Of a stretch of 64,000 nucleotides of DNA, positions 8,129-18,083 are shown one piece after another. The position numbers were made by a program, and so were the translations under genes. Under the pieces are notes generated by a model. That model made no database searches and was not told the DNA's origin. It worked only from the letters and a program-made list of their open reading frames with translations. The first letter of the stretch is position 1, and each line of letters starts with the position of its first letter. The DNA comes from a virus: positions 5,435 through 69,434 of IMG/VR virus record IMGVR_UViG_3300031261_000003; one strand, 5' to 3'.

Positions 8129-9259
8129 ATGGCGCCGGAAAATAAGCCGCCTTATTGCGTACCGCTCATGTCGAAAATCGCGGCGCTGCCGTGGAATGGA
8201 TTCAAAGTCGTATCCACTTTTGCAGGCGCGGGCGGCTCCTCAACCGGCTATAGGATGGCGGGTTTCAAGGTGGCGCTCGCCAACGAATTTGTGCCGATAG
8301 CGCAAGACAGCTATCGCGCCAACATGGACCCTTCGACCGTCATTGATCCGCGCGGCATCCAAGAGGTCACAGCGGCTTCGATTCTTGAAGCTACGGGCCT
8401 CAAGGAAGGCGATCTGGACCTATTCGATGGGTCCCCGCCGTGCCAAGCCTTCTCGACCGCTGGCAAGCGCGCTAAAGGCTGGGGAACGGATCGTGCTTAC
8501 GAACACGGCGCATGCCAGAAAAACGAAGACCTGTTTCCCGAATACATTCGCGTGCTGGCGGCCCTCAAGCCGAAAGTCTTCGTCGCCGAGAACGTCTCGG
8601 GCCTTGTAAAGGGCGTCGCCAAGGGGTTTTTTCTGGAAATCCTCGCTGGCCTCAAGGCGTGCGGCTATCGCGTCGAGGCAAGAGTCCTAGACGCGCAATG
8701 GCTTGGCGTTCCGCAAATGCGCCAACGGTTGATCTTTATGGGCGTGCGAAACGACTTGGGCGCTAATCCCGTATTTCCTAAGCCGTTGACCTATCAATAT
8801 ACGGTTCGCGACGCGCTGCCTTGGATTGTGCGATGCGAGGAAATGGCAGGATACAACGGGCATCAAATGCTTGACTCGGGCAGACCTTCGCAGTCGATCT
8901 TATTGACGGGATCGCATCATTGCGAGGCGCACCTTGGAACGTTTCACGGCGACCGTTCTATTGATGACGTCGCGCCGACCGTCCAAACACACGGCCGTCC
9001 CAAGACGCTTAATGAACTGACCATCGCCAGCGGCCCGGCCGGCATCGAACGCCGCAAATTCACAATCGCCGAAGTCAAGCGAATCTGCGCCTTTCCCGAC
9101 GATTTCATTCTCAAGGGCACATACGCGCAGCAATGGGAACGACTTGGAAATTCAGTTCCGCCGGTCATGATGGCCGCCATTGCGGTAACGATCCGTGACA
9201 AAATCCTGATTCCAGCAAGAGAAAAGGCCGCGCCAGAGGTTCCGGCGCGGCTTGCCTAG
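8129..9259 (+). CDS. DNA (cytosine-5)-methyltransferase
   Basis: FAGAGG, GSPPCQ, ENV, Q.R.R, GNSV motifs; GAGGA RBS at ATG 8129. Confidence 0.95.
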   Translation: MAPENKPPYCVPLMSKIAALPWNGFKVVSTFAGAGGSSTGYRMAGFKVALANEFVPIAQDSYRANMDPSTVIDPRGIQEVTAASILEATGLKEGDLDLFDGSPPCQAFSTAGKRAKGWGTDRAYEHGACQKNEDLFPEYIRVLAALKPKVFVAENVSGLVKGVAKGFFLEILAGLKACGYRVEARVLDAQWLGVPQMRQRLIFMGVRNDLGANPVFPKPLTYQYTVRDALPWIVRCEEMAGYNGHQMLDSGRPSQSILLTGSHHCEAHLGTFHGDRSIDDVAPTVQTHGRPKTLNELTIASGPAGIERRKFTIAEVKRICAFPDDFILKGTYAQQWERLGNSVPPVMMAAIAVTIRDKILIPAREKAAPEVPARLA

Positions 9260-9260
9260 T

Positions 9261-10037
9261 TCAGCCGACTTTGTAAAAAGTCTTGCCGTCGCTTATCGTC
9301 TTGGTGACATTCAGGCCGAGTTTTTTACGAGCGATCTGTGAAATATTCCAACGACACGAGTCGAAGTTCCAACCTGTCGCGCTGGCAAGCTCCTCAATCG
9401 TTACGCCGGTTTTGCTGGATAGAAGCGAAACCATCGTGGAGATATTTGACGATCCATCGCCGCGCTTGCTGGCGGCCGTCTTGCCCTTCACGGCGGCGAC
9501 CTTGGCGACTATCGCAACCTTGGCGACTTTGCCGCCCTTGGCGCTCTTAACGGCCTTGGCAGCTTCGCTCCAAGCCTTCGCGTCGAAGGGACCCCAAACC
9601 CAATCGCCGCGCCCGGTTTTCTTGGCGAAGAAATCGACGCCCTCGGCCGCGTCTTTGCCGAAAGCTTGGCGCGCTTCGGCGAGCGCCTGCGCTTGGCTCA
9701 TGCAGTGGCCGCTTTTCGGCGTTGCCGCGCCCTTGACGACCACTTCCAAGGCAACCGCGGGTGGCGAGTCCAGTTCGGACGTCGGCAGGGCGTTCAACTC
9801 CGCGGCCGCGATCTGCTGGATGCGAGTGGCGGGCGTCTCGTCGGCCGGCGCGGCGAAAACGACGGCGAGCTTCGCGGCGGCGGAAACGCTCTGCATGGCC
9901 TCTTTCGTCTTAGCGCGGTCGGCGGCGGCCTTCGTTGCGCGCTTGGCGGCTTTGATCTCGGCGGCGGAAGCGTCGGCTTTGGCGGCGACGTCGAGAGCGT
10001 CAAAAGCGGCGGTGTTGTCGGCGGCGAGCTTGATCAT
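9261..10037 (-). CDS. Ala/Lys-rich protein with C-terminal DUF3489-like winged helix
   Basis: GVTIEEL.SATGW...CR..IS...KKLGL.V...Y motif. Confidence 0.75.
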   Translation of the reverse strand: MIKLAADNTAAFDALDVAAKADASAAEIKAAKRATKAAADRAKTKEAMQSVSAAAKLAVVFAAPADETPATRIQQIAAAELNALPTSELDSPPAVALEVVVKGAATPKSGHCMSQAQALAEARQAFGKDAAEGVDFFAKKTGRGDWVWGPFDAKAWSEAAKAVKSAKGGKVAKVAIVAKVAAVKGKTAASKRGDGSSNISTMVSLLSSKTGVTIEELASATGWNFDSCRWNISQIARKKLGLNVTKTISDGKTFYKVG

Positions 10038-10040
10038 GTT

Positions 10041-10104
10041 GGTCTCCGGTTCGGGATGGCGTTCCCGTGAGACCAGAGATAACGTTGAGAGCACAAAATC
10101 GCAA
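10041..10104 (-). promoter_or_regulatory. promoter plus ACGCCA-loop hairpin
   Basis: CGGGA-ACGCCA-TCCCG; outer GGTCTC/GAGACC arm can cover the SD; TTGCGA -35. Confidence 0.65.
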
Positions 10105-10178
10105 GCTATTTTTATCGCAAAATAGCAGATTATAACTATCGCAAGGAAGCAGGCGCAAAATCAGTATGGAGACGTAGC

Positions 10179-10691
10179 GTGACGGCACGCAAAGCGGCGG
10201 CCGATCTCTTGCCGCGCGGCCCGAAGCGCAAGCCAAGGCCGCCGCCCAATCCCAACGGCCGACCGCCGCACGAGCCGACCGAGGCCAATCGCCAGCTTGT
10301 CAAAACACTCGTCGTCGCCGGCTGGAACCGCGACCGTATCGGCGTCGCGCTCGATATCGACGCCGAGACGTTGCGCAAATATTACCGAGTAGAACTAGAC
10401 CACAGCAAAGCTATAGTTGACGCAATGGTCACACAAAGCATAATACAAATGGCCTGTGGTGGCCCTGGCGCTGGCAATTGGGAAAAAGCCGTTCCAAGTA
10501 TGGCTAGTTTTTATGCGAAATGCCGCATGAATTGGAAAGACCCTAAACTTGAGGTTAACTTATCCGGCGCTGTTGGTACTTACGATATGAGTAAAATGAG
10601 TGATGACGACTTACGGAGAGTCACGGAAATACTCAGCCGCGCCGAAATTTCCGCCCCTAACGGTGTTTCTAGCGGAGATCAGGAAACGTGA
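10179..10691 (+). CDS. terS: terminase small subunit
   Basis: GRPPHEPT, HTH, TLRKYYR.EL; directly upstream of terL. Confidence 0.75.
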   Translation: MTARKAAADLLPRGPKRKPRPPPNPNGRPPHEPTEANRQLVKTLVVAGWNRDRIGVALDIDAETLRKYYRVELDHSKAIVDAMVTQSIIQMACGGPGAGNWEKAVPSMASFYAKCRMNWKDPKLEVNLSGAVGTYDMSKMSDDDLRRVTEILSRAEISAPNGVSSGDQET

Positions 10692-12141
10692 GGCCGCGCG
10701 CCAGCTCGCCGACGTCGAGCGCAACGCCGACGCGATCCGCGCAAGATGCAAGACGTTTTCCGGCTTCGTCCGCGAGGCGTGGCACGTTCTCGAACCAACC
10801 ACGCGCTACATTCATAGTTGGCATATCGAGGCGATTTGCCAGCATTTAGAGGCTGTAACTGACCGGCGCATAACCCGGTTGCTGATCAACGTTCCACCCG
10901 GCTCGATGAAAAGCCTGCTGGTTTCAGTCCTATGGCCGGCTTGGGAATGGGGGCCAAAAGGTTTAAGATCGTTGCGCTATTTGGCGACAGCGTTCAACGA
11001 AGGGCCGGTTAAAAGAGACACGCGCAAGTCGCGCGATTTGATCCTTTCGGCTTGGTATCAAGCCTTATGGCCCGAGGTTCGGTTAGTCCGGACCGGCGAA
11101 ACGAGCTTCGCCAATTCAGACACAGGCACGCGCGAAGGCGTCGCGTTCAACTCGCTTACGTCGCAGCGCGGCGACCGTTTGATAATTGACGATCCGCATT
11201 CAATCAAAACCGCCGAGTCAGAAACCGAGCGCGAAGGCGTTACGCGCGGCTTTCGCGAAGGCGCCTTGAACCGACTTAATAATCAAGCCGAGTCGGCAAT
11301 CGTAATCATCATGCAGCGCTTGCATGAAAAGGATATTTCGGGCGTTATTCTCGCGCTCAAAATGCCGTTCGTGCATCTGCGCTTGCCGATGGAATACGAG
11401 CGCGGCAACCCTTGCACGACGCCGCTCGGCTTCGTCGATCCGCGCCAATACGAAGGCGAGCTGCTTTGTCCGGAGCGCTTTTCCGCGTCGACCATCGCGC
11501 AAATGAAAAGCGACACGACCGCCTACGCCTGGGCCGGACAGTATCAGCAACGCCCCGCCCCGCGCGAAGGCGGCATGTTCCAACGTCGTTGGTTCGGCGA
11601 GCCCGTCGCCGCCGCCCCTATATCAACTAACGTCGTAAGAGCCTGGGATTTGGCGGCAACGGAAGCGGGCGGCGATTGGACGGTGGGCTTGCGCATGTCG
11701 CGCGCTCCCAGCGGAATCTTCTATATCGAACACATTGAGCGCCTTCGCGGTTCGGCGCTCGACGTCAAGAAAGCCGTCCTAAACCTCGCCAGCGCGGCCA
11801 ATGATAGCAAGCGCGTCAAGGTCAGGCTTCCCCAAGACGTCGGCCAAGCTGGCAAAGGCCAAGTCGCGGATTATGCGCGCGATTTGGCGGGCTGGCTTTT
11901 GGACGTGGAGCGCGAAACGGGCTCCAAGGAAGTGCGCGCTGCGCCGTTCGCGGCGCAATGCGAAGCTGGAAACGTCCGACTCGTCGCCGGGCCTTGGGTT
12001 GAAACGTTTCTCAGCGAGCTAGAGACATTCCCGATGGGCGCGCACGACGATCAAGTTGACGCGGCCTCCGGCGCTTTTACGAGTCTCGTCAATCCAACGA
12101 CGCTCGCCCGTCAAGTTCCCTTCAATCTCATGGGTCGTTGA
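10600..12141 (+). CDS. terL: terminase large subunit
   Basis: NVPPGSMKS (Walker A), IIDDP (Walker B), MQRLH, WDLA, HDDQVDA. Confidence 0.95.
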   Translation: MMTTYGESRKYSAAPKFPPLTVFLAEIRKREAARQLADVERNADAIRARCKTFSGFVREAWHVLEPTTRYIHSWHIEAICQHLEAVTDRRITRLLINVPPGSMKSLLVSVLWPAWEWGPKGLRSLRYLATAFNEGPVKRDTRKSRDLILSAWYQALWPEVRLVRTGETSFANSDTGTREGVAFNSLTSQRGDRLIIDDPHSIKTAESETEREGVTRGFREGALNRLNNQAESAIVIIMQRLHEKDISGVILALKMPFVHLRLPMEYERGNPCTTPLGFVDPRQYEGELLCPERFSASTIAQMKSDTTAYAWAGQYQQRPAPREGGMFQRRWFGEPVAAAPISTNVVRAWDLAATEAGGDWTVGLRMSRAPSGIFYIEHIERLRGSALDVKKAVLNLASAANDSKRVKVRLPQDVGQAGKGQVADYARDLAGWLLDVERETGSKEVRAAPFAAQCEAGNVRLVAGPWVETFLSELETFPMGAHDDQVDAASGAFTSLVNPTTLARQVPFNLMGR

Positions 12142-13655
12142 TGTTTCTAAGCCTTGTGAGCCGCCTCAAGCGCGATAAAGACTATCCGCCGCGCCAGTTC
12201 GCGATTGACGCTTACTCGCGCGTAAGAGACGGCGCGATTTACGATCATCTTGAGCATTCATTTCATGAGGAGCAAGACGCGGCGAACAACGAATATATCC
12301 CGTTGCGCGATAGACGCCCCAGCGTGCGCTGCAACATTTGTCGCATCGTGGTTGACGATAGCGTGTCGCTTTTGTTCAGCGAGGGGCATTTCCCGACCAT
12401 CAAAAGCGAGGTCGAGGGCGCGCCCGACGTCTTGCAAGGCTTCGTAAAGACAGGGCGCTTGAACGACGTCATGATAGACGCAGCGACAACCGGAAGCGTC
12501 GGCTCGGTCGCTATCCAAATGCGAATCCTCGAACAGCGCGATAAGACATACCGTCTATTTTATGAGCCGCATTCGACGGAATTTCTGACGCCGATATTCG
12601 ATCCGCAGGCACCCGACACGCTTTTGAAAATCGTGGAGAAATACAAGGTTCGCGGCGACGTTTTACGCGCCCGAGGCTACGCTATCAGCGATCAAAACAC
12701 GGCCGCCGCGTTTTGGTTCTCGCGCGAATGGAACGAACAAGGCGAAGTGTGGTTTCTGCCGTGGCTCGCCAATGACGACAAGGCCGTTGCGACAATCGAC
12801 ACATCGAAGGGCGTTGTTCATGGCCTCGGCTTCGTGCCTTGGGTTTGGGTGCGCAACCTGCCCGGCAAGCTAAAGCTGTTCGCGGGCGAACTTACCTATT
12901 CCGAGATTGATGGCGCTTGCACGTTTGCCGCCGCCATCGACACCATGATTGAGATTGAATATCTCCTAAGCCAGGGCGGGCGCGGCCTCAAATATACGGC
13001 CGATCCATTGCTAATCGTCAAAGAGCCCGCCGCGCCCGATAGGCAAATGGTGCGCTCGCCCAACATGGCGCTAATCACGGCGGCCGAGGGCGACGCCAAG
13101 CTTTTGGAAATCGGCGGCACGTCGTTTGCGGTTCTCGTCGATTACGTGAAAGTTTTACGTGAACTTGCGCTTGAGAGCGTTCATGGCAACCGTTCGGAGC
13201 CGTCGAAACTCGCCGCCGCGCAATCCGGCCGCGCGATGGAGCTGCTAAACCTCGCGCTGATTTGGATTGCCGATAGGCTGCGGATTTCCTACGGCGAGGG
13301 CGCGTTGCGCGAGCTTTTGCGCATGGCGCTGCTAGGCCACGCCAAGTTTCCAATCTCGGTTGAGGGCAAGCCGCTCGCCGCCGTCGCGCCGGACGCCGAT
13401 ATCACGCTGCATTGGCCGGCGTGGTATCACAAAACGTCGCATGATCTCCAAGAGGAGGCGACGACGGTGAAAACGCTGCGCGACGCCAAGGTGATTTCGC
13501 GCGAATCGGCCGTCAACTACATCGCGCCCTCCTATGATATCGAGGACATTTCGGCCGAACTGGCGCGCATCGAAAAGGATGCGAAAGACGATATCGCGTT
13601 GGTCGCCGATGCCGCCTCGGCGCAAGTCGTCGAGCAAGTGAGGGTCAGCGAATGA
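12141..13655 (+). CDS. portal protein
   Basis: About 500 aa after terL; IVVDDSVSLLF, SGRAM motifs resemble SPP1-type portals. Confidence 0.85.
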   Translation: MFLSLVSRLKRDKDYPPRQFAIDAYSRVRDGAIYDHLEHSFHEEQDAANNEYIPLRDRRPSVRCNICRIVVDDSVSLLFSEGHFPTIKSEVEGAPDVLQGFVKTGRLNDVMIDAATTGSVGSVAIQMRILEQRDKTYRLFYEPHSTEFLTPIFDPQAPDTLLKIVEKYKVRGDVLRARGYAISDQNTAAAFWFSREWNEQGEVWFLPWLANDDKAVATIDTSKGVVHGLGFVPWVWVRNLPGKLKLFAGELTYSEIDGACTFAAAIDTMIEIEYLLSQGGRGLKYTADPLLIVKEPAAPDRQMVRSPNMALITAAEGDAKLLEIGGTSFAVLVDYVKVLRELALESVHGNRSEPSKLAAAQSGRAMELLNLALIWIADRLRISYGEGALRELLRMALLGHAKFPISVEGKPLAAVAPDADITLHWPAWYHKTSHDLQEEATTVKTLRDAKVISRESAVNYIAPSYDIEDISAELARIEKDAKDDIALVADAASAQVVEQVRVSE

Positions 13656-13930
13656 AGCGAGTCGATAAATACGAAAATGTCTCGCCTGCATTTCAAACGC
13701 AATGGCTGGCGTTCCGCAACGCGATCATAGCAGCCACAGCAGACTTGGTTGAAACGGAAATCGGCATATCTCCAGGCTACGCCTACAATCTTGTTGGGTG
13801 TCATGAAGAAGTCGAGCGCGGCATTGCGAAAGCGCGCAAGGGCGTTGATCCGGTAATAGCCATACACCAAGAGTTTATCGTGGCAGAGGGCCTGTTGCGG
13901 CATCGCCTGCACTATTGCGTAGGGAATTAA
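13652..13930 (+). CDS. hypothetical protein
   Basis: ATGA overlap with portal. Confidence 0.5.
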   Translation: MKRVDKYENVSPAFQTQWLAFRNAIIAATADLVETEIGISPGYAYNLVGCHEEVERGIAKARKGVDPVIAIHQEFIVAEGLLRHRLHYCVGN

Positions 13931-14149
13931 ATGGCCGACGATCCAACCAGTTTAACCGTTGCGATAGCTTGCGATGAGCTGTTTACTGGCATCAAGGCGG
14001 CCGTCAAAAAGCAACCGAATTCCGAGGAAGAACAAGCCGTCATTCTCGCGGTCGTTGAACTCGCCCGCGTCGGCTTTCTGGCGTTGCTCTCCATCGCGCA
14101 AAGCCTCGAAAGCCTCGCGCTCGACTCTGCGCGAAAAGCCGACGACTGA
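13931..14149 (+). CDS. hypothetical protein
   Basis: AGGGA RBS. Confidence 0.5.
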   Translation: MADDPTSLTVAIACDELFTGIKAAVKKQPNSEEEQAVILAVVELARVGFLALLSIAQSLESLALDSARKADD

Positions 14150-14235
14150 AAAACCCCTTTCGGCCCCGCCTCGGGCGACCCCGACGCGAGATGCCGGCCC
14201 GCCGCCGATGCGGCCTAACCCAAGGCAGATGCCCG

Positions 14236-14877
14236 ATGAATTTACGTGAACGCCTGCTCGGCGCTGTTGCCCTCTATGGTTTGCGCTCGCCCGAAGGCGA
14301 TCCGAGCCCGCCGCCCGTCCCGAACGTTCCTCCGGTTCCGCCCGCGCAGCGCGACCCCGACCGGCATCCGACCGGCTATTCGCCCGAGTACGTCAAGGAT
14401 TTGCGCGAAGAAACGAAGGGCTGGCGCTTGAAGGCGACAGAACAAGAGCAAGCGCGTAAAGCCGCAGAGACGGCCGCAGAGGCGGCAACCAAAGCGGCAG
14501 ACGAAAAGATCAAGGCGATACAGGAAGCCGCCGCCAGCGAGCGCGAGACGCAGCGCAAGGCGGCCGACGAACGTATTCTCCGCGCCGAATTGAAAGCGGC
14601 GGCGATCAAGGCGGGCATGATCGACCTCGACGGCTTGAAACTGGCCGACATGAGCAAAGTCAAGCTCGGCGAAAACGGCGAAGTCGAAGGCGCGGACGCG
14701 CTCATGACCGCGCTGAAAGAGGCCAAGCCCTATCTATTCGCCGCCGTGCGCTCTGGCACGTCGGACCCCGCCAAACCGCCGCCGCGCGATCCGGCCGAAC
14801 CGAAGAAGGCCAAGGATATGACGCCGGCCGAACGCGAGGCTTTCCTGAGAGAAAACCGCAAGAAGTACGGCGGCTAA
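14236..14877 (+). CDS. capsid scaffolding protein
   Basis: YVKDLREE..R coiled coil, LKEAKPYLF; precedes capsid. Confidence 0.85.
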   Translation: MNLRERLLGAVALYGLRSPEGDPSPPPVPNVPPVPPAQRDPDRHPTGYSPEYVKDLREETKGWRLKATEQEQARKAAETAAEAATKAADEKIKAIQEAAASERETQRKAADERILRAELKAAAIKAGMIDLDGLKLADMSKVKLGENGEVEGADALMTALKEAKPYLFAAVRSGTSDPAKPPPRDPAEPKKAKDMTPAEREAFLRENRKKYGG

Positions 14878-14993
14878 CCAATCAACTCTAACCGGCGCAG
14901 GGCGCCAACGCGGCCGGCCGATGCTGGCCGCGACCAAACCCCGAGCCCGATGGCGAGCGGTGGAAAGCCCCCTCAATCATCAGGACTCCAATC

Positions 14994-16361
14994 ATGCCTA
15001 TCTCAAATTTCCCGGCCGCGTTGCAGCCGATCATTCAGCAGGGATTCCTCGAACAGACATTTCAGGAGTTCCTGCAATCGGCGCTCGGCTATCGCATGGC
15101 CGCCAAGCGCGAGAACTTCAAAACCAATATCGGCGAAACGCTCACCAAAACGCGCCCCGGCCTCAAGGCGCCGACGATCACGCCGCTCGGCGCGAGCGGC
15201 AACACCAACTTCGACAACGGCTTGACGCCCAACACGTTCACGGTCGAACAATTCAAGCTAACGCTCAACCAATATGGCGACACTATCGACCTCAACACCG
15301 TCACGAACCGCGTTGGCATCGTCGAACAATTCCTGCAAAATGCGCGAGTCAACGCCATCCAGGCCGGACAGTCGCTCGACCGCTTGGCGCGCAATAAGCT
15401 CTTTGCGGCCTACCTCGGCGGACAGACCCGCGTTCGCGTTACGCTAGGCGCGCCGGCAACGACGGTTTCTGTTGACGATATCACGGGCTTTGAAAATGCG
15501 CTCGTCAACGGCATTCCTGGCCCCGTTTCGTCAACCAACACGCTCGCCATCACCCTTGGCGCGAATGTCTATACGCTTATCGGCGCGGCGTCCGACGCCT
15601 CCAATGTCTCGACGATTGCCGCGCCCTTCGGTTGGGCGCTGCCGACGCAGCCGGTGTCGAACGCGGCCCCAGGCCGCTCGGGCGTCTTGACGTTTTCGAG
15701 CAACGTCAGCGTCGCGGACGGCACTATCGGCAATGCCGTAAGTTCGGCCAATGGCGCGGTTGTGCTGCGGCCAAACGCGCGCGCGACGAGCATCAACCTC
15801 GTCGCGGGCGACCTCTTTACCATGTCGGCGACTCTCGACGCCGTCTCCTATCTGCGCCGCAACGCGGTCCCGGCGATCAATGGTTACTACAATTGCCATC
15901 TCGATCCGGTATCGGCGCGCCAGTTGTTCGCCGATCCGGATTTCAAGCAACTATTCCAAGGCCAAGCGGCGAGCCAAGAATATCGCATGGGAAAGGTGAT
16001 TGAACTCCTCGACGTGCGGTTTGTGCCGACGACGGAAGCGCCGGTTCAGCCTCATCCGACCTATCCCAGCCTCAATATCCGTCGCCCTATCGTCGTCGGC
16101 GAGGGCGCGTTGCTGGAAGGCGACTTCGACGGCATTGGCGCAGCGGACACCGGGGATAGCGACGCCCAGGTCGATATTGTTGACGGCGTTGTGCAAGTCA
16201 CGCGCGAGCCGATGGACAGGTTACGCCAGATTATCGCGCAGTCTTGGTACTGGATTGGGGACTTTTGCGCCCCAACGGACCAGACATTGAACGCAAGTAT
16301 AGTACCTACAGCATCGGCGTCATATAACAAACGCGCCTGCGTTATTGAACATATAGGCTAG
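14994..16361 (+). CDS. major capsid protein
   Basis: 455 aa after scaffold; AGGA RBS; HK97-like layout. Confidence 0.85.
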   Translation: MPISNFPAALQPIIQQGFLEQTFQEFLQSALGYRMAAKRENFKTNIGETLTKTRPGLKAPTITPLGASGNTNFDNGLTPNTFTVEQFKLTLNQYGDTIDLNTVTNRVGIVEQFLQNARVNAIQAGQSLDRLARNKLFAAYLGGQTRVRVTLGAPATTVSVDDITGFENALVNGIPGPVSSTNTLAITLGANVYTLIGAASDASNVSTIAAPFGWALPTQPVSNAAPGRSGVLTFSSNVSVADGTIGNAVSSANGAVVLRPNARATSINLVAGDLFTMSATLDAVSYLRRNAVPAINGYYNCHLDPVSARQLFADPDFKQLFQGQAASQEYRMGKVIELLDVRFVPTTEAPVQPHPTYPSLNIRRPIVVGEGALLEGDFDGIGAADTGDSDAQVDIVDGVVQVTREPMDRLRQIIAQSWYWIGDFCAPTDQTLNASIVPTASASYNKRACVIEHIG

Positions 16362-16410
16362 ATGCGCGGCTATATACATAGCTTTTGGATAACTCAGGGA
16401 ATCACTTACT

Positions 16411-16725
16411 ATGGACGCTTCCTATATCAACGGCCTCGTTGCGCTAGCGGGCGGCGGGCAAACCAACGCGACGCTGCTAACGAGAACTTTCAACCGCATC
16501 ACGACGGTTGTCACAGCCGGCGACAGTTGCCAGCTTCCGGCCGCCTCGCCGGGGCTTACCATCTCAGCTTACAATGCAACCGCGAACAGCGCGAACCTGT
16601 TTCCTGGCCTTGGCGACGCGATCAACTCGCTCGGCGCGAATGCGGCGCTAGCGCTTCCGGCCAACAAAGGCGTGCAGTTGACGTGCATGGCGTCCGGCTT
16701 TTGGAACTCGATTCTGTCCGCTTGA
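16411..16725 (+). CDS. putative capsid decoration protein (one repeat domain)
   Basis: AGGGQ..AT...R.TTV...GDS..LP domain; position after capsid. Confidence 0.6.
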   Translation: MDASYINGLVALAGGGQTNATLLTRTFNRITTVVTAGDSCQLPAASPGLTISAYNATANSANLFPGLGDAINSLGANAALALPANKGVQLTCMASGFWNSILSA

Positions 16726-16760
16726 GTGACGGTTCGCTCTAACCAATAGGAACGATCCGC

Positions 16761-17468
16761 ATGGACGTGACCCCCGTCACCGCGCAAGAAATCCTGCGCA
16801 ATCTCCAAATAACCGGGCTGTTTTACGAAAGCGCCGCCGACAACATAACGGCGTTCGCGGGCGGCGGACAAGCCGGCGCAACCATGATAACAACCGAGGT
16901 CGCGCGCATTACGACCGTCGCGACGGCCGGCGATAGCGTCGCGCTGCCGAATGCAATCGCCGGCCTAACACTCTCGTTGACGAACCACGGCGCGAAGCCG
17001 ATGCAAGTCTACGGTCAAGCCGGCGATGTTATCAACGACATTGCGAGCGCCAGCGGCGTATCGCAAATGATTGGCTCGGAAGTCATCTATTTTTGTCCAA
17101 CCAACGGCAAATGGTACGCGAACGGTTTGGGTACGGGCTACAGCGGTTCGTTCGAGACGCAAAGCCCCGCTGACGGGTTGGTAGCTCATGCAGGCGGCGG
17201 ACAAGACTCGGCGCTGCTTATCACAACCATGATTAGCCGGTTTACGGTCGTCGCGTCGGTTGGCGATAGCGCCATTCTGCCAACTGGCGTCGCCGGCATG
17301 ACCCTCACGATTATCAACGCCAGCGCCAACAGCATGAACATATTCCCCGACTTAGGGAGCACGATCAACGCCGGCAGCGCCAACGCCGCCTATGCGCTTG
17401 CCGCCGGAAAAACTTGTCAGTTTGTCACGACGCTGGCCGGCGCGTGGCACGCCATGCTTTCGGCTTAA
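16761..17468 (+). CDS. putative capsid decoration protein (two repeat domains)
   Basis: Two copies of the same domain. Confidence 0.6.
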   Translation: MDVTPVTAQEILRNLQITGLFYESAADNITAFAGGGQAGATMITTEVARITTVATAGDSVALPNAIAGLTLSLTNHGAKPMQVYGQAGDVINDIASASGVSQMIGSEVIYFCPTNGKWYANGLGTGYSGSFETQSPADGLVAHAGGGQDSALLITTMISRFTVVASVGDSAILPTGVAGMTLTIINASANSMNIFPDLGSTINAGSANAAYALAAGKTCQFVTTLAGAWHAMLSA

Positions 17469-17483
17469 AAAAGAGAAAAGCCA

Positions 17484-17753
17484 ATGTCAGATGCAAGTTC
17501 CAAAGCCGCCGCCCGTCGCGCGACGGCCGATCCCGTCGAGCCGGCAACGCCAGCGCCAGCGCCAGCGCCCGAGCCGGCAACGCCCGCCCCGCGAACCGTC
17601 AAGAGCGTGCGGCTCGCCGCCGCTTACGGCTATATCAACGACGACGGCTATCAACGCGGCTGGCCGGAGGATTACACCGTCACGGACGCTGGCGAGATCG
17701 CCGAGCTTATGGCGCGCGGCGCGCCGCTGAAAGAGTTCGTTTATGTCGATTGA
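17484..17753 (+). CDS. small head-region protein
   Basis: PA-rich linker; position. Confidence 0.55.
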   Translation: MSDASSKAAARRATADPVEPATPAPAPAPEPATPAPRTVKSVRLAAAYGYINDDGYQRGWPEDYTVTDAGEIAELMARGAPLKEFVYVD

Positions 17754-18075
17754 GGCCGCGTTCTTCCCGCAAGCGACCGTCAATATCGCGGCGACGACGA
17801 TAAGCCAAAATGTCGCGCTGCCGGCGACGACGCTTGGCCCCTATCAGACGGCGGACGGCGATAGCGTGCTGATTTACAATTCCGGCGCAACCATCGCCTT
17901 CGTCGAGTTTGGCGGAAACAACAGCGTCGTGGCCTCGCCCCTGTTGAGTATGCCGATTCCACCCGGCATGTCGCGTCTCATAGGTTGCGGCCAATATGTG
18001 TCGTTCGTCGCGGCCATTATGCTGACGGGAACAGGGACGATCTATTTCAGCCGGGGCAAGGGTCACAACTACTAG
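17743..18075 (+). CDS. putative structural protein
   Basis: Beta-rich composition; operon. Confidence 0.6.
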   Translation: MSIEAAFFPQATVNIAATTISQNVALPATTLGPYQTADGDSVLIYNSGATIAFVEFGGNNSVVASPLLSMPIPPGMSRLIGCGQYVSFVAAIMLTGTGTIYFSRGKGHNY

Positions 18076-18083
18076 GGGCTGGC

